This document shows positions 1 to 9,164 of a stretch of 20,000 nucleotides of DNA, in pieces. The notes beneath the pieces were generated by a model that worked only from the letters and a program-made list of their open reading frames with translations, was not told where the DNA came from and did not search any database. The DNA lies in the IMG/VR virus record IMGVR_UViG_3300045412_000368. One strand, given 5' to 3'. The DNA is from an uncultured virus (IMG/VR IMGVR_UViG_3300045412_000368). Taxonomy: Duplodnaviria; Heunggongvirae; Uroviricota; Caudoviricetes. The position numbers were made by a program, and so were the translations under genes. Each line of letters opens with the position of its first letter. The first letter of the stretch is position 1.

Positions 1-670
1 TATTTGCTTCTTTCCAAATATTAGCAAAAGTATCTTCGTCACTGTTTGGTGTGCTAGTAATAATAGCATTACCACCAGTTGCCAGTGTAGGGCTTATACT
101 TGTCCAAAACTCATCTGCTATATTAGGTTGTACAAATGCAAATTCATCACAATATAATAAAGATATACTCATACCACGACCAGTATTATTAGTAGTTGTA
201 GCACTAATAATACGACTACCATTATCAAATTCTATACTACCTTTGTTATAATTAACAACTCCACTTCTAATAAAATCAGGACATAATTCATAAGCATACC
301 TAATACGCTGCATAATTTCATATGCACCAGTATACTTATGGGCTGCTATAAGAATTGTTTGATCTGGTATAAACATTCCATACCATAGTAGATAACAAGC
401 AGCACAAGTGGTCTTGCCCATTTGACGTGGCAACATATTTACAGTAAATCTATGATTATGGTAGGCATGCATGAGCCTTTCTTGGAAACCATAAGGCTGA
501 AACAATAATTTACCCTTTACTGGATGTTGAATGTAATAAAAATTTTTACTAAAATGTAAATAGCCAGTTTTAGGATGACTACATAATACTAAATGCTGTA
601 TTTGATCCTCAGTGTACTTGTCCTTTTTATGTGCTTTTTTGGTAAGTACACCATCAAGCGACTTGACCAT
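1..670 (-). CDS. terL: Terminase large subunit, T4 gp17-like (N-terminal ATPase part; continues past the left edge)
   Basis: Not in the ORF track; translated by hand from ATG at 670: MVKSLDGVLTKK...IQHPVKG...PYGFQ...LPRQMGKTT (Walker A)...GRGMSISLLYCDEFAF (Walker B)...IITSTPNS (coupling motif). No stop before position 1. Start overlaps the upstream TAA (TAATG). Confidence 0.96.
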   Translation of the reverse strand, partial: MVKSLDGVLTKKAHKKDKYTEDQIQHLVLCSHPKTGYLHFSKNFYYIQHPVKGKLLFQPYGFQERLMHAYHNHRFTVNMLPRQMGKTTCAACYLLWYGMFIPDQTILIAAHKYTGAYEIMQRIRYAYELCPDFIRSGVVNYNKGSIEFDNGSRIISATTTNNTGRGMSISLLYCDEFAFVQPNIADEFWTSISPTLATGGNAIITSTPNSDEDTFANIWKEAN

Positions 671-1209
671 TATCTAGTTTTAATTTCGTTATATAATTTT
701 GTAAGTTTACCACGTAAATTTTCTGCTAAAGGATTACCACCACCATTTACTTTAGGTGCTTCTCTACCTTTGCTAAACATATCATCACCTGTTGATGTAA
801 CAGCATCAACGCCACTTATTTTTGGTTGTGAGGTATTAGCATATTCCTCATCCATTTCTGGATCCATGCCTAACATAGGTCTTTTACTAGGCATATCATC
901 CATATCTAGGCTCATATCATCATCTGAACTAGACATACCTATTAGTACACCTGCTGGCCCAACATCTGGGCCCTTGGTACCACACGGTAGATCATCGTCT
1001 CTACCTTGTAAAATGTTAAGCAGTTCACGAATACCATCAGCACCACTGGCATTCATATTTACACTAATTGTAGTCGGATGTTCGTTCATACTACCCATTG
1101 AACCCATACCCATCATACCACATTCTTCTACAGGCTTTTCACTTTCTATTAGTATCTTGCGACCTTGATCTAAATCTACTATTTTTTTGTAAAGTTTAAT
1201 AAAATCCAT
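670..1209 (-). CDS. Hypothetical phage protein with Met/Gly/Asp-rich low-complexity centre
   Basis: ORF 670..1239 in the track. ATG at 1209 (MDFIKLYKK) is preferred because AAGGGA lies just upstream. Stop overlaps the terL start. Confidence 0.75.
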   Translation of the reverse strand: MDFIKLYKKIVDLDQGRKILIESEKPVEECGMMGMGSMGSMNEHPTTISVNMNASGADGIRELLNILQGRDDDLPCGTKGPDVGPAGVLIGMSSSDDDMSLDMDDMPSKRPMLGMDPEMDEEYANTSQPKISGVDAVTSTGDDMFSKGREAPKVNGGGNPLAENLRGKLTKLYNEIKTR

Positions 1210-1285
1210 GTTATTTTCCCTTAATCTTTTTGCAGTCATTTACATGCTTACCTGCATTTTTTTTCCTGTGAATAGTGCATTTTGT

Positions 1286-1837
1286 TTACTTAGGCGATGA
1301 TGCAGTAGGCGCAGTCTTGGCTAACAATTGATCATTTATACCTTTATATTCTGTACCTTTATGACTTATTTTTCCTAATTCTTTAAGGAAACTCATTACT
1401 TTTTTTTCACCTACTAAATCCTGTCCATTAACATCCTCTAAGTTAGGATTATTTAATAACGCTGAAGCTTTTGTTCCTATTCTATTTTTTCCTGCTAGAG
1501 CAAAATCTTGTTCAATTTGTTCTGCATAAGTTCTAACAATAATGTTTCCTAAGCTTAATTTAAGAGTTTCTGCTAAAAGTGCTGCTATTTCATGAGGTGC
1601 ACTAGGATAGTTACAACTAATGTCAAAAATATTAACATGGCTGTACTTAATATTAGGAAATTCTAATGGCGTTTCTGTTATTGGTGTTCTTTTAGGAGAA
1701 CTTAAACTATTACAATCATATTTTTTTAATGCAATTTTCATTGCTTCAACTTGGTGCTTTTCTATATCACCAGCAATTTTTACCTTAAACTGGTAAACTT
1801 TTTTATTTTCTGCAAGATATTGTTTAAAAGTGGCCAT
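1286..1837 (-). CDS. Hypothetical protein, possible head-internal protein
   Basis: 183-aa ORF with a late-promoter motif and weak GGA SD upstream. N-terminus MATFKQYLAE resembles the T4 capsid-targeting sequence. Confidence 0.75.
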   Translation of the reverse strand: MATFKQYLAENKKVYQFKVKIAGDIEKHQVEAMKIALKKYDCNSLSSPKRTPITETPLEFPNIKYSHVNIFDISCNYPSAPHEIAALLAETLKLSLGNIIVRTYAEQIEQDFALAGKNRIGTKASALLNNPNLEDVNGQDLVGEKKVMSFLKELGKISHKGTEYKGINDQLLAKTAPTASSPK

Positions 1838-1855
1838 AGTTATTCCATTATAATA

Positions 1856-1863
1856 TATTTATT
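1856..1863 (-). promoter_or_regulatory. T4-like late promoter motif (AATAAATA)
   Basis: Minus strand AATAAATA, 18 nt before ATG 1837; contains the TAA stop of the upstream gene. Confidence 0.6.
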
Positions 1864-2335
1864 TCATATTCTTTAATTTTTCAAGCAGGCTATTTCGGTC
1901 TGTAACAATAAATCCATCTCCTTGAATATTAACGCCCTTTGTTGCTTCTGCATCTATATCTTGATCAAGTTTAGCCTTTTTAATCTGTAACTCAACCATT
2001 TTGAGTTTCTTATCTATTTTGGCTGCCTTTGCGTCAATTGCATTTTTAAGCATAGTGCCCGCCACTTCAAAAATACGTCCACTATAACGTGCTTCAACAT
2101 TCATACCCAAGTCCATTAAATCATCATAGGCATTTGTTGCCCTAGTGGCTAATTCGTCAAATTCTGAATCGCTCAAATCACCTAATCCCTTAACCTGAGG
2201 CAAAGCTGTATTAATTTTATCAAATTCAGCAATATCACGCATAAAAGATTCTGGCTTTTCGTATTGCTTTTTTCCTTCTTTTATGATTTTTTTATTTTCT
2301 GGTAAGTTAAGAATTTCTTCAAGTTTTTTAGTCAT
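1859..2335 (-). CDS. Probable terminase small subunit (gp16-like)
   Basis: 158 aa, helical-looking. ARYSGRIFEVAGTMLK and the C-terminal VTDRNSLLEKL recall gp16-type segments; lies shortly upstream of terL. Confidence 0.6.
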   Translation of the reverse strand: MTKKLEEILNLPENKKIIKEGKKQYEKPESFMRDIAEFDKINTALPQVKGLGDLSDSEFDELATRATNAYDDLMDLGMNVEARYSGRIFEVAGTMLKNAIDAKAAKIDKKLKMVELQIKKAKLDQDIDAEATKGVNIQGDGFIVTDRNSLLEKLKNMK

Positions 2336-2339
2336 ATAT

Positions 2340-2347
2340 TATTTATC
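2340..2347 (-). promoter_or_regulatory. T4-like late promoter motif (GATAAATA)
   Basis: GATAAATA-ATAT-ATG; overlaps the gp4 stop codon; no SD visible. Confidence 0.65.
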
Positions 2348-2780
2348 TTGATTTACCATTATGAAAAATATCTGTTTCGTTTAAAACCCGAAACTTAATA
2401 CCGTTATTTTTACACCAGGCCGTAGCCGCAGCCCACTTAGCTTGATTTATTATATAAGCTGTAGATCTAGCACTATTACGTCCTACTTTTTCTATTAGTT
2501 GTTGATTTTGAGGTTTAATCTCAATTAATTCACTTAACATACGACCACTTTTATCCGTATATTGTATAAAAAAATCTGGCACATATACTGTTTGTTTATT
2601 ATTTACTGGATTACGATATGGAATTTTTATGGCTTCACTGGCCCAACGAAGAATATTAGAATTAGTATCACAAAAATTCATAAACGCCCATTCCCAACTA
2701 CTACGATATGTTGGTGATTTCAGTCCAATATATTTTCCAGGATATTTGAGAGTAAATTTACCTTTAGCAAATTGGCTCAT
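2343..2780 (-). CDS. gp4: Head completion nuclease, T4 gp4-like (TnsA-type PD-(D/E)XK fold)
   Basis: YRSSWEWAFMNFCD, WASE..IPY, YVPDFFI, LIEIKP and NQAKWAAA motifs. Confidence 0.9.
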   Translation of the reverse strand: MSQFAKGKFTLKYPGKYIGLKSPTYRSSWEWAFMNFCDTNSNILRWASEAIKIPYRNPVNNKQTVYVPDFFIQYTDKSGRMLSELIEIKPQNQQLIEKVGRNSARSTAYIINQAKWAAATAWCKNNGIKFRVLNETDIFHNGKSR

Positions 2781-3154
2781 ATAAGAATATTTCTACTCTC
2801 AAAACTTTCATCTTTTTTTGTACTTTTGTAACCTAATACACTTGTTTGTATTCTGTAAGCATTTAGAATTTGTGTAATAATTTTTGTTAATTGAACATCA
2901 CTTAAGATGTTTAGTTTATCTAATAACTCAAAAACATTAACATTATCAAGTCTTGCCTGATTTAAAAATACTATACTTGTACTTCTTGCTACTTGTTCCT
3001 CAAATCCTCTATTTGTAAAAAATCCTATGACAGCATCTATTAAATTACTTGGAAAACTTATTTCTTCAGTATAATAACTATTAAAAAATTGTCTTATTTC
3101 TTTAGACTCTGTTTGATTTTCTATTATTGTTGGTAAATTGGTTGGGATTATCAT
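2777..3154 (-). CDS. Hypothetical protein, possibly tail/baseplate-associated
   Basis: 125-aa ORF with ATGA overlaps to both neighbours; function guessed only from position. Confidence 0.7.
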   Translation of the reverse strand: MIIPTNLPTIIENQTESKEIRQFFNSYYTEEISFPSNLIDAVIGFFTNRGFEEQVARSTSIVFLNQARLDNVNVFELLDKLNILSDVQLTKIITQILNAYRIQTSVLGYKSTKKDESFESRNILI

Positions 3155-4230
3155 ACACCACCTCCAGCTGGCTGACTTGGATTAGATTGAAATGTTGGTG
3201 ATGCATTTGTTTTAGAAGGGCTAGTTAGCAGTGGAATAGTTGTATTCCGCAATCCACCTAATACACTACCAGCTGCCACTATAGCTAGACCTGTTAATTT
3301 AGGTATTAACTCCTGCTTAATTCCAGCCTTAGTAAGCCTTTTACTATTATCATAGAAGTTTTTGGCACCTATCGCTGCATTAATTAAATTACCTTTTTTA
3401 ATTTGATCCAAAATAGTACCAGCCCCATCAACTAAGCCACCTGGTCCTAAAATACTTCTGGTTCCCCCACCCAACACACTTAATGGACTTGGTAACTTAT
3501 CATAATGTTCTTGACCGAATGCTTTTATTCTGCCACCACTGGTAGTACCTGAGTCATATTTCACTGCTTCAAATATAATACCCATTTGACATTCAGCTGG
3601 ATTAGTTCCTGAGTCACTACTATTTACAGTATCATGACTAAATGTTTGAATTAACGGATTAACTAAAGTATAACTAACAAATTCACGTTTATTAATTTGA
3701 TACAAGATAATTTCATTGAAAAAAGGAATAGTTGAATTATTGTCAAATCCATGTGGTCCCCTAACAGTGCTCCATGCCTTATAGGTATTTTTGGCATATG
3801 CGCCTGATATTTCTGCTGTAACAGGATCAGCATAATAATATTTGTAATAACTTTGCCACATCATGTTAATAATATGTGTTCTATCATCAATAAATCTAAA
3901 TGTCATAGGCGTATATTCATGCGATAATTGAACTGCTTTTTTCCTATTATACTGATTCAAAGTTTGAGTTTTAATTGTAAATTTTGGCAAATCTACAGAT
4001 CGTACTAATAATCCAATTTCATTTCTATGACGCTGCGTTAATTGTGGCAACATTACTGCACTAGGATTGATATCGAAATATACATGATATAAAAATTTAG
4101 CCTTAGGTGCTAATCTGTAATAATCATCTACAAATGTACGAGCGGCGTGCTGCCAATCAGCCATTTGTCCTTTAGGACGTAAAAAAGCTTGTCCTATTTG
4201 ATTTAGATTTGCAACATAAGGGCTGGCCAT
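3151..4230 (-). CDS. Tail-tube-fold baseplate protein (gp48/gp54-like tube initiator or cap)
   Basis: PKAKFLYHVYF...LVRSVDLPKFTIKTQTLNQYNRK...YTPMTFRFIDD parallels the gp19 fold pattern; directly downstream of the tube gene; Gly-rich C-terminal tail. Confidence 0.7.
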   Translation of the reverse strand: MASPYVANLNQIGQAFLRPKGQMADWQHAARTFVDDYYRLAPKAKFLYHVYFDINPSAVMLPQLTQRHRNEIGLLVRSVDLPKFTIKTQTLNQYNRKKAVQLSHEYTPMTFRFIDDRTHIINMMWQSYYKYYYADPVTAEISGAYAKNTYKAWSTVRGPHGFDNNSTIPFFNEIILYQINKREFVSYTLVNPLIQTFSHDTVNSSDSGTNPAECQMGIIFEAVKYDSGTTSGGRIKAFGQEHYDKLPSPLSVLGGGTRSILGPGGLVDGAGTILDQIKKGNLINAAIGAKNFYDNSKRLTKAGIKQELIPKLTGLAIVAAGSVLGGLRNTTIPLLTSPSKTNASPTFQSNPSQPAGGGV

Positions 4231-4243
4231 AATAGTATTTATA
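4231..4243 (-). promoter_or_regulatory. T4 late promoter, full consensus TATAAATA(CTATT)
   Basis: Minus strand reads TATAAATACTATT immediately followed by ATG 4230; lies just after a terminator. Confidence 0.85.
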
Positions 4244-4280
4244 AACTAAAATAATATAGTATTATAATGTTTTAGAAAAC

Positions 4281-4307
4281 AAAAAAAGGGCCCAAGAGCC
4301 CTTTTTT
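4281..4307 (-). terminator. Rho-independent terminator after the tail tube gene
   Basis: Minus strand AAAAAA-GGGCT-CTTG-GGCCC-TTTTTTT: GC stem, CUUG loop, U7 tail. The flanking A/T runs could make it bidirectional. Confidence 0.9.
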
Positions 4308-4320
4308 ATTTGAGTTAAGA

Positions 4321-4971
4321 TTAAACACCAGAACCAGTAGCAATACCACCATTTCCAGTAACCCTTGATCTTGTACTCTGAGTTGGTACACTGATACCAA
4401 CACCTGATCCTTGAGGAATCTGAATACAATTATCTGGTTGAATACTTATATCTATTGTTTGGGGGGTAGCTTCTGCATAACTAAGTGATTGCCAATTAGC
4501 CGAAACAATATAACAACCGTAGCACTCCCAAGTTTCTAAAACATTTGGGGCAAAGGCACCGTTACCACCTTCTGTAACCTCTATACGCATTAAGAACTTG
4601 TAATCTATACTTGCTCCTGCACTGCTCTGTTCAAAGAAATCAAACTGCTTCTGCATTTGCTCACCAACTAATTTACTTACATTACCACTTTGATCATCTC
4701 TTAAAACTACTGATATGGCTTGCCAAGTTGGCTTACCTGCATAATTAATCTTACTATTATAAGTTTCAATAACTTGGTTAGCAAACTGTACATTTGGCTT
4801 GGCCGCAGTTTGAACCTGTTTGGTTAACTCAGTTGTGGGCGTGCTTACTCCAAAATTTTCAAACATAATTCTAAAACGATATTTGAGTTTTGGCATTAAC
4901 ATGCCTTGACTGCTTGCGCTTGAATCACTTGCTAAGGGTACTGTAAATCTATTTAATGTTGCAATTGCCAT
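4321..4971 (-). CDS. gp19: Tail tube protein (gp19-like)
   Basis: PKLKYRFRIMF, YNSKINYAGKPTWQAISVVLRDD, ETWECYGC; follows the sheath; GGAG SD at 4981-4984. Confidence 0.88.
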   Translation of the reverse strand: MAIATLNRFTVPLASDSSASSQGMLMPKLKYRFRIMFENFGVSTPTTELTKQVQTAAKPNVQFANQVIETYNSKINYAGKPTWQAISVVLRDDQSGNVSKLVGEQMQKQFDFFEQSSAGASIDYKFLMRIEVTEGGNGAFAPNVLETWECYGCYIVSANWQSLSYAEATPQTIDISIQPDNCIQIPQGSGVGISVPTQSTRSRVTGNGGIATGSGV

Positions 4972-4992
4972 AATTATTAGCTCCGTTATTAT

Positions 4993-5000
4993 TATTTATG
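4993..5000 (-). promoter_or_regulatory. T4-like late promoter motif (CATAAATA)
   Basis: In the sheath-tube spacer, 21 nt before the tube ATG, followed by a GGAG SD. Confidence 0.7.
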
Positions 5001-5002
5001 CC

Positions 5003-8000
5003 TTATAGCGCACCAATTTCACCTGTATTCTTCAATCTTAATGGAATATAAATGAATTCTACAGCCTTAACTGGTTCAATAGCAATATCAACATATAATT
5101 CATTTCTATCAATTCTTGCTGGTGTATTATTAGACTCATCACAAACAACAATGTAGTCATATAATGCTCTTTGACCAACAAGCTCAAGCATTAAGCTTTC
5201 TACAGCACCTTTAATCTCATCTCTTGTAATTTTATCATTTGGCTCAAAAATGTATGGTTTAGCTAAAATATCTAATTGTCTACGTAGATATACAACTAAT
5301 CTTGCTACATTAATACGATCTAAAGCACTTGCAACTTTAGCACGAGTCTTTTGACCAAAGTTGACTAAACCTACACCTGTGAAGAATGTAATTGGGTTAA
5401 TCTTAACCTCATAAAGTGTATCACGCTGACCTGTATTTAATGCAACTGTAACAAATTCTCCTTCATCATCTACAAATCCAACTGCACTTGCATTTGTAAT
5501 ACCGCCTCTGCGTGTACCTGCTGGAGCAAACCAAGGAAAACTTACACTATCACTTAAAGCTATTGTTCTTAACATCATATGACTTGGAGGAACAACTACA
5601 TTACGACCAAAATTGTCACTTGTTAGACCCCATGGATAAAACATAGCCATATATTCGTCGTAGCTTGCTGCACCTATTTCATTATCCTCAAAACTTAATC
5701 TAATATTATCGCCCCACTCCTTAAGACTTGAAGCATCTGGAGTTAATCTTGCAGGTGAATCGCCAACAATAAATGCTGTTAATCCACGATCATAATTAAG
5801 GTTTATTAATTCACCAATTAATTCAGGATATCCAGGACAAGCAAGTAGATTGATTACACGCGCTTCCTCACGAATATCTGTTGAACTATTAACTACAGCC
5901 TGTAATGCGTTTACTACAACTCTACGCTGTGCTATACGTCCAAAGTTACCAACACCTTGTGGATTGTTACCACTAACAGTTACCCAACGATGTGGATAAT
6001 AATTTGTCATGGCTGGATTAATTGAATTTCCAGTATTACTATCAAAAACAGTTAGTCTTTTATTAGTAGTTTCTGTATCTATATAATTGTGCACAAATTT
6101 CTTAACATTGAATCCACTTCTACGCATATTCCATAGTAACATACCTTTTGGATATAATGCAGGGTCTGGACAATCTGGATCTACATGATTAGAAAGTAAT
6201 AATTCTACTATTCTACCTTGGTCTTTGTCTTCACCTCTAGTGCTCCATCTTGCATCAAAAAATGTAACTCCATCTTCTGAAGATTGATCCGTATTATCAA
6301 CTAACACCCATTTTTTAGTCACAGGTCCTGATTTGGCATTATCAAATCTATATAATTTTGGATATGCATCAATATCGCTTGTATCTATCCATAAATCATT
6401 GTCTACTAAAGGACTTGATCCATCACTTTGTGTTATAGGAGCAGTTGCTCTTACTTGAGGGCCATTAATATCAGTTGTTGGAAATCCGTCTGTAGTTCTA
6501 TAACCAACCCAGCGAGTACCATTATGTACCATTATATCAACCTCATCAACTAAACTATTGTACCATAGTGTACCATCATTGGTCAAGCTTGTTGGTGCCG
6601 TAGCACTAGCTGTATATCTTAATGGCTCCCATAAACTACCTATTAATGTAACTGATCCTGGAACTGATAGAGCATCAGGTGCTGGATATAAGTTAGGATT
6701 CACTTCACCACCAAAAAAGCTCTCTAAGAAAGAAGGAGCCCTAAAAATAATTTCACCACCTAATTTATGATTAATCACTACTCTATTTTGTGAATCAACT
6801 TCTGCAATTATATTAAGAAAACCTGCATTATTAATTTTTTGTGCAATTAAATCAGCATCATTGCTATTGTTTTCTAAAGATAAATCGATCTCTATCAAAT
6901 TATAATCGCTCGCTGCTACCCCTGCCTCACTTTCTCCAATTTGAATAAAGATAGTTTGAGGAAAAGTAACAATTGCGTCTATTCCAATCTTTTTACTTAC
7001 TACTTTGGTAACGCCGTTAGCACGTTTTCTATAAACCTTAATAGAAGCTGACGCATCTGAATCTTGAAACTTTAATTCAGGATCATTATATTTTGCGTAC
7101 AAAGTTCCTGCAGGAATGTTTAAACCTCCGCGTTTATCTAAATTATAAATTGCATTCCTACCACTTGAATATAGAGGACACTTAACAGTTTCCCATGCAT
7201 CATTGTCTGCATTATACTTACTAAATGCTAACTCAGATCCCCCATTAACCTCTGTACTCTTGATCCATAAACTTCCTGTAGGTCTTGCTGTAGGAGTTTT
7301 GAACAAACTACTATTAACTACTGTGTGAGGACCAATTGTCATTAAAGGTCTAAATAATTCACCAGCAGTGAAACCTAAATCCTCAAGTGCAGTACCAGTA
7401 AGTCTAATTCCACGTATACTGTGTTGTAAAAATAAAGCTAATCTACCATTCTTTGTTACACCAGCTTTTATACGTGAACTGTATGCATTTATGTTAGTTG
7501 CAATTGTAGTTGCAGTTGTTCCTGCAATAGTAAATATATCAGTGAAAGAATTATCAACTGCTGCAACCATCAATTCCTTTGTATCAGCGCCTGAAATATC
7601 TCCTTTAGAACTTACAGCAACTGGCCAACTTTCTATCCAATCTTCGCTTCCTACTTGGACCCACTTACCTTGTTCTACAGAACCCCATGGAGCATTACCA
7701 GGACTTTTATACCATATTGTATCAGGCTCATTATAATCTGTATCCAAGTCCATTAGTGTGACTACAGCATAGTCGCCAATAGCACCTACACTTGGCTTGG
7801 GAATATAATCGTTTTGCTCATAATCAACAACTTTTCTTGTATCGTTAATTATTATAGGAGTACGCTTAACAAATGTCTGACCTAAACCAGTACCTTTTGG
7901 ATCTCCGTTCCACTCAAAAATTCCCCATGTACTCTTACTGATGTCAAGCCAATAAGTGCCATTTTTAGGAGCAGCTTGTGGAGCGGTAGATTTAGCATTG

Positions 8001-8359
8001 ATTGATCCAAGATCAATGTCTGCACGAACAACATATGCTCTATTGCTTACACCTAAATAACTATAGGCGGCATGTAAACCATATTCATTTTGTTCACCAG
8101 CATGAATTGGATTATTATTAGCATCTGTTTTGAAAGCTGCAATACCAAATGTCTCTGAAAGATCTCTTTGGCTTGTAATTAAATATGCTAAACCTGCGTT
8201 AGCCTTTAGTGTACCTGGCGCGATGCCAGTGTTAGCACCATTTGGTTTGTTTTCTTCTGTTGCAACTATTACAAGAGGTACTGTGCTTGGTGCTGCTGGA
8301 GTATAAAAACTTTCGTCAACAACTGTGACTACTACGCCAGGTGAATTTAGTTGTGCCAT
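5003..8359 (-). CDS. gp18: Contractile tail sheath protein (gp18-like) with large internal insertion
   Basis: N-terminal LNSPGVVVTVVDES; C-terminal FYPW, VPPS, PWFAPAGTRRG, RDTLYEVKINPI, ALDRINVARL, FEPND, CDESNNTPARIDRNEL, IEPVKAVEFIYI. AGGAG SD at 8370-8374. Confidence 0.96.
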   Translation of the reverse strand: MAQLNSPGVVVTVVDESFYTPAAPSTVPLVIVATEENKPNGANTGIAPGTLKANAGLAYLITSQRDLSETFGIAAFKTDANNNPIHAGEQNEYGLHAAYSYLGVSNRAYVVRADIDLGSINAKSTAPQAAPKNGTYWLDISKSTWGIFEWNGDPKGTGLGQTFVKRTPIIINDTRKVVDYEQNDYIPKPSVGAIGDYAVVTLMDLDTDYNEPDTIWYKSPGNAPWGSVEQGKWVQVGSEDWIESWPVAVSSKGDISGADTKELMVAAVDNSFTDIFTIAGTTATTIATNINAYSSRIKAGVTKNGRLALFLQHSIRGIRLTGTALEDLGFTAGELFRPLMTIGPHTVVNSSLFKTPTARPTGSLWIKSTEVNGGSELAFSKYNADNDAWETVKCPLYSSGRNAIYNLDKRGGLNIPAGTLYAKYNDPELKFQDSDASASIKVYRKRANGVTKVVSKKIGIDAIVTFPQTIFIQIGESEAGVAASDYNLIEIDLSLENNSNDADLIAQKINNAGFLNIIAEVDSQNRVVINHKLGGEIIFRAPSFLESFFGGEVNPNLYPAPDALSVPGSVTLIGSLWEPLRYTASATAPTSLTNDGTLWYNSLVDEVDIMVHNGTRWVGYRTTDGFPTTDINGPQVRATAPITQSDGSSPLVDNDLWIDTSDIDAYPKLYRFDNAKSGPVTKKWVLVDNTDQSSEDGVTFFDARWSTRGEDKDQGRIVELLLSNHVDPDCPDPALYPKGMLLWNMRRSGFNVKKFVHNYIDTETTNKRLTVFDSNTGNSINPAMTNYYPHRWVTVSGNNPQGVGNFGRIAQRRVVVNALQAVVNSSTDIREEARVINLLACPGYPELIGELINLNYDRGLTAFIVGDSPARLTPDASSLKEWGDNIRLSFEDNEIGAASYDEYMAMFYPWGLTSDNFGRNVVVPPSHMMLRTIALSDSVSFPWFAPAGTRRGGITNASAVGFVDDEGEFVTVALNTGQRDTLYEVKINPITFFTGVGLVNFGQKTRAKVASALDRINVARLVVYLRRQLDILAKPYIFEPNDKITRDEIKGAVESLMLELVGQRALYDYIVVCDESNNTPARIDRNELYVDIAIEPVKAVEFIYIPLRLKNTGEIGAL

Positions 8360-8388
8360 TTATAGATTTCTCCTAAATCTTACTCTAG

Positions 8389-8396
8389 TATTTAGC
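8389..8396 (-). promoter_or_regulatory. Late promoter variant (GCTAAATA)
   Basis: TAAATA core 29 nt before the sheath ATG, upstream of the AGGAG SD. Confidence 0.6.
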
Positions 8397-8452
8397 ATTA
8401 ACTGGTAAAAATTACTAGATTGTTTAAGAAGAAAATTTGTTGCTACTTTAGT

Positions 8453-9109
8453 TTAATAAATGAAAGTTACTTTATTTTCTCCTTCAAAAGGCGTTTTATT
8501 TAAAATAGTACTTTCAATTTGATTATATAAATTATTTAAACTATTATTATTATCAATAGTAATGTCAAATTCTGTTCCGATCCATTGCCATTCACTAGGA
8601 TGTATACCTAGATCATGCATAACATTGGATTCTTTAACATTACCTTTATTAGCTTCTAAAGCAATATCATACCAATAAGGTAATTCACCTCTCTGTACCC
8701 AAACAATAATACCATTTGACTTTCTTATAGCCTTAATTTCATTAGGAAACCTACAGTCACTTATTACTACATTATCCTCACTTTTACGTAATTTATTTTC
8801 TAAACTAGCTATCCAAATATCATCATGAAAACCTTGTCTACATACTTCAGTGCCCCAATTTTGTAAAACCCATCGTGGTGTAATTTTTATACCTAATCTA
8901 TTACTCCACCAAAAATCCACTTTCTCACGCCACTCTCTACTCTGCTTGGTACGACCTTCCAACATATCTCGGTCCCAACCAAACACTGCGGCTACAGCAT
9001 CTTTAAGACTGCGAGCAAAACTGTCTCTACGAAATTGATGAAGGTTAACAAGATAGTCAGCAATAGTATCTTTACCGCTACCAATTAAACCACATAATCC
9101 TACAATCAT
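8453..9109 (-). CDS. Deoxynucleoside monophosphate kinase (T4 gp1-like)
   Basis: P-loop GLIGSGKDT, SFARSLKD, RWVLQNWGTE, VVISDCRFPNE, HPSE. Confidence 0.92.
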   Translation of the reverse strand: MIVGLCGLIGSGKDTIADYLVNLHQFRRDSFARSLKDAVAAVFGWDRDMLEGRTKQSREWREKVDFWWSNRLGIKITPRWVLQNWGTEVCRQGFHDDIWIASLENKLRKSEDNVVISDCRFPNEIKAIRKSNGIIVWVQRGELPYWYDIALEANKGNVKESNVMHDLGIHPSEWQWIGTEFDITIDNNNSLNNLYNQIESTILNKTPFEGENKVTFIY

Positions 9110-9127
9110 AGACTAATCCTTTATTTG

Positions 9128-9156
9128 ATAATAATAAAATTTAACTTTTAAGTCAA
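9128..9156 (-). promoter_or_regulatory. Sigma70-like promoter for the dNMP kinase
   Basis: TTGACT (9156-9151), 17-nt spacer, TATTAT (9133-9128), then an AAGGA SD before ATG 9109. Confidence 0.7.
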
Positions 9157-9164
9157 GATTATTT

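Noticed and set aside
1..670. Intein or intron in the terminase
   Set aside because: ATPase motifs are contiguous with normal spacing in the visible part; the rest is outside the window.
51..1168. Plus-strand ORFs 51..251 and 593..1168
   Set aside because: Antisense shadows of terL and its upstream gene, with no recognisable motifs.
1210..1285. Read-through or frameshift extending the 1286..1837 ORF (A8 run; frame stays open for 24 codons after TAA)
   Set aside because: No supporting structure or homology is visible; it could be chance or a recent nonsense change, and needs homolog alignment.
4321..8359. Bacterial contractile injection system or tailocin
   Set aside because: Terminase, head completion, neck genes and T4-type late promoters indicate a true phage.
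8402..8418. Weak inverted repeat CTGGTAA-AAA-TTACTAG upstream of the sheath promoter
   Set aside because: AT-rich, mismatched on the transcribed strand, and no U tail.
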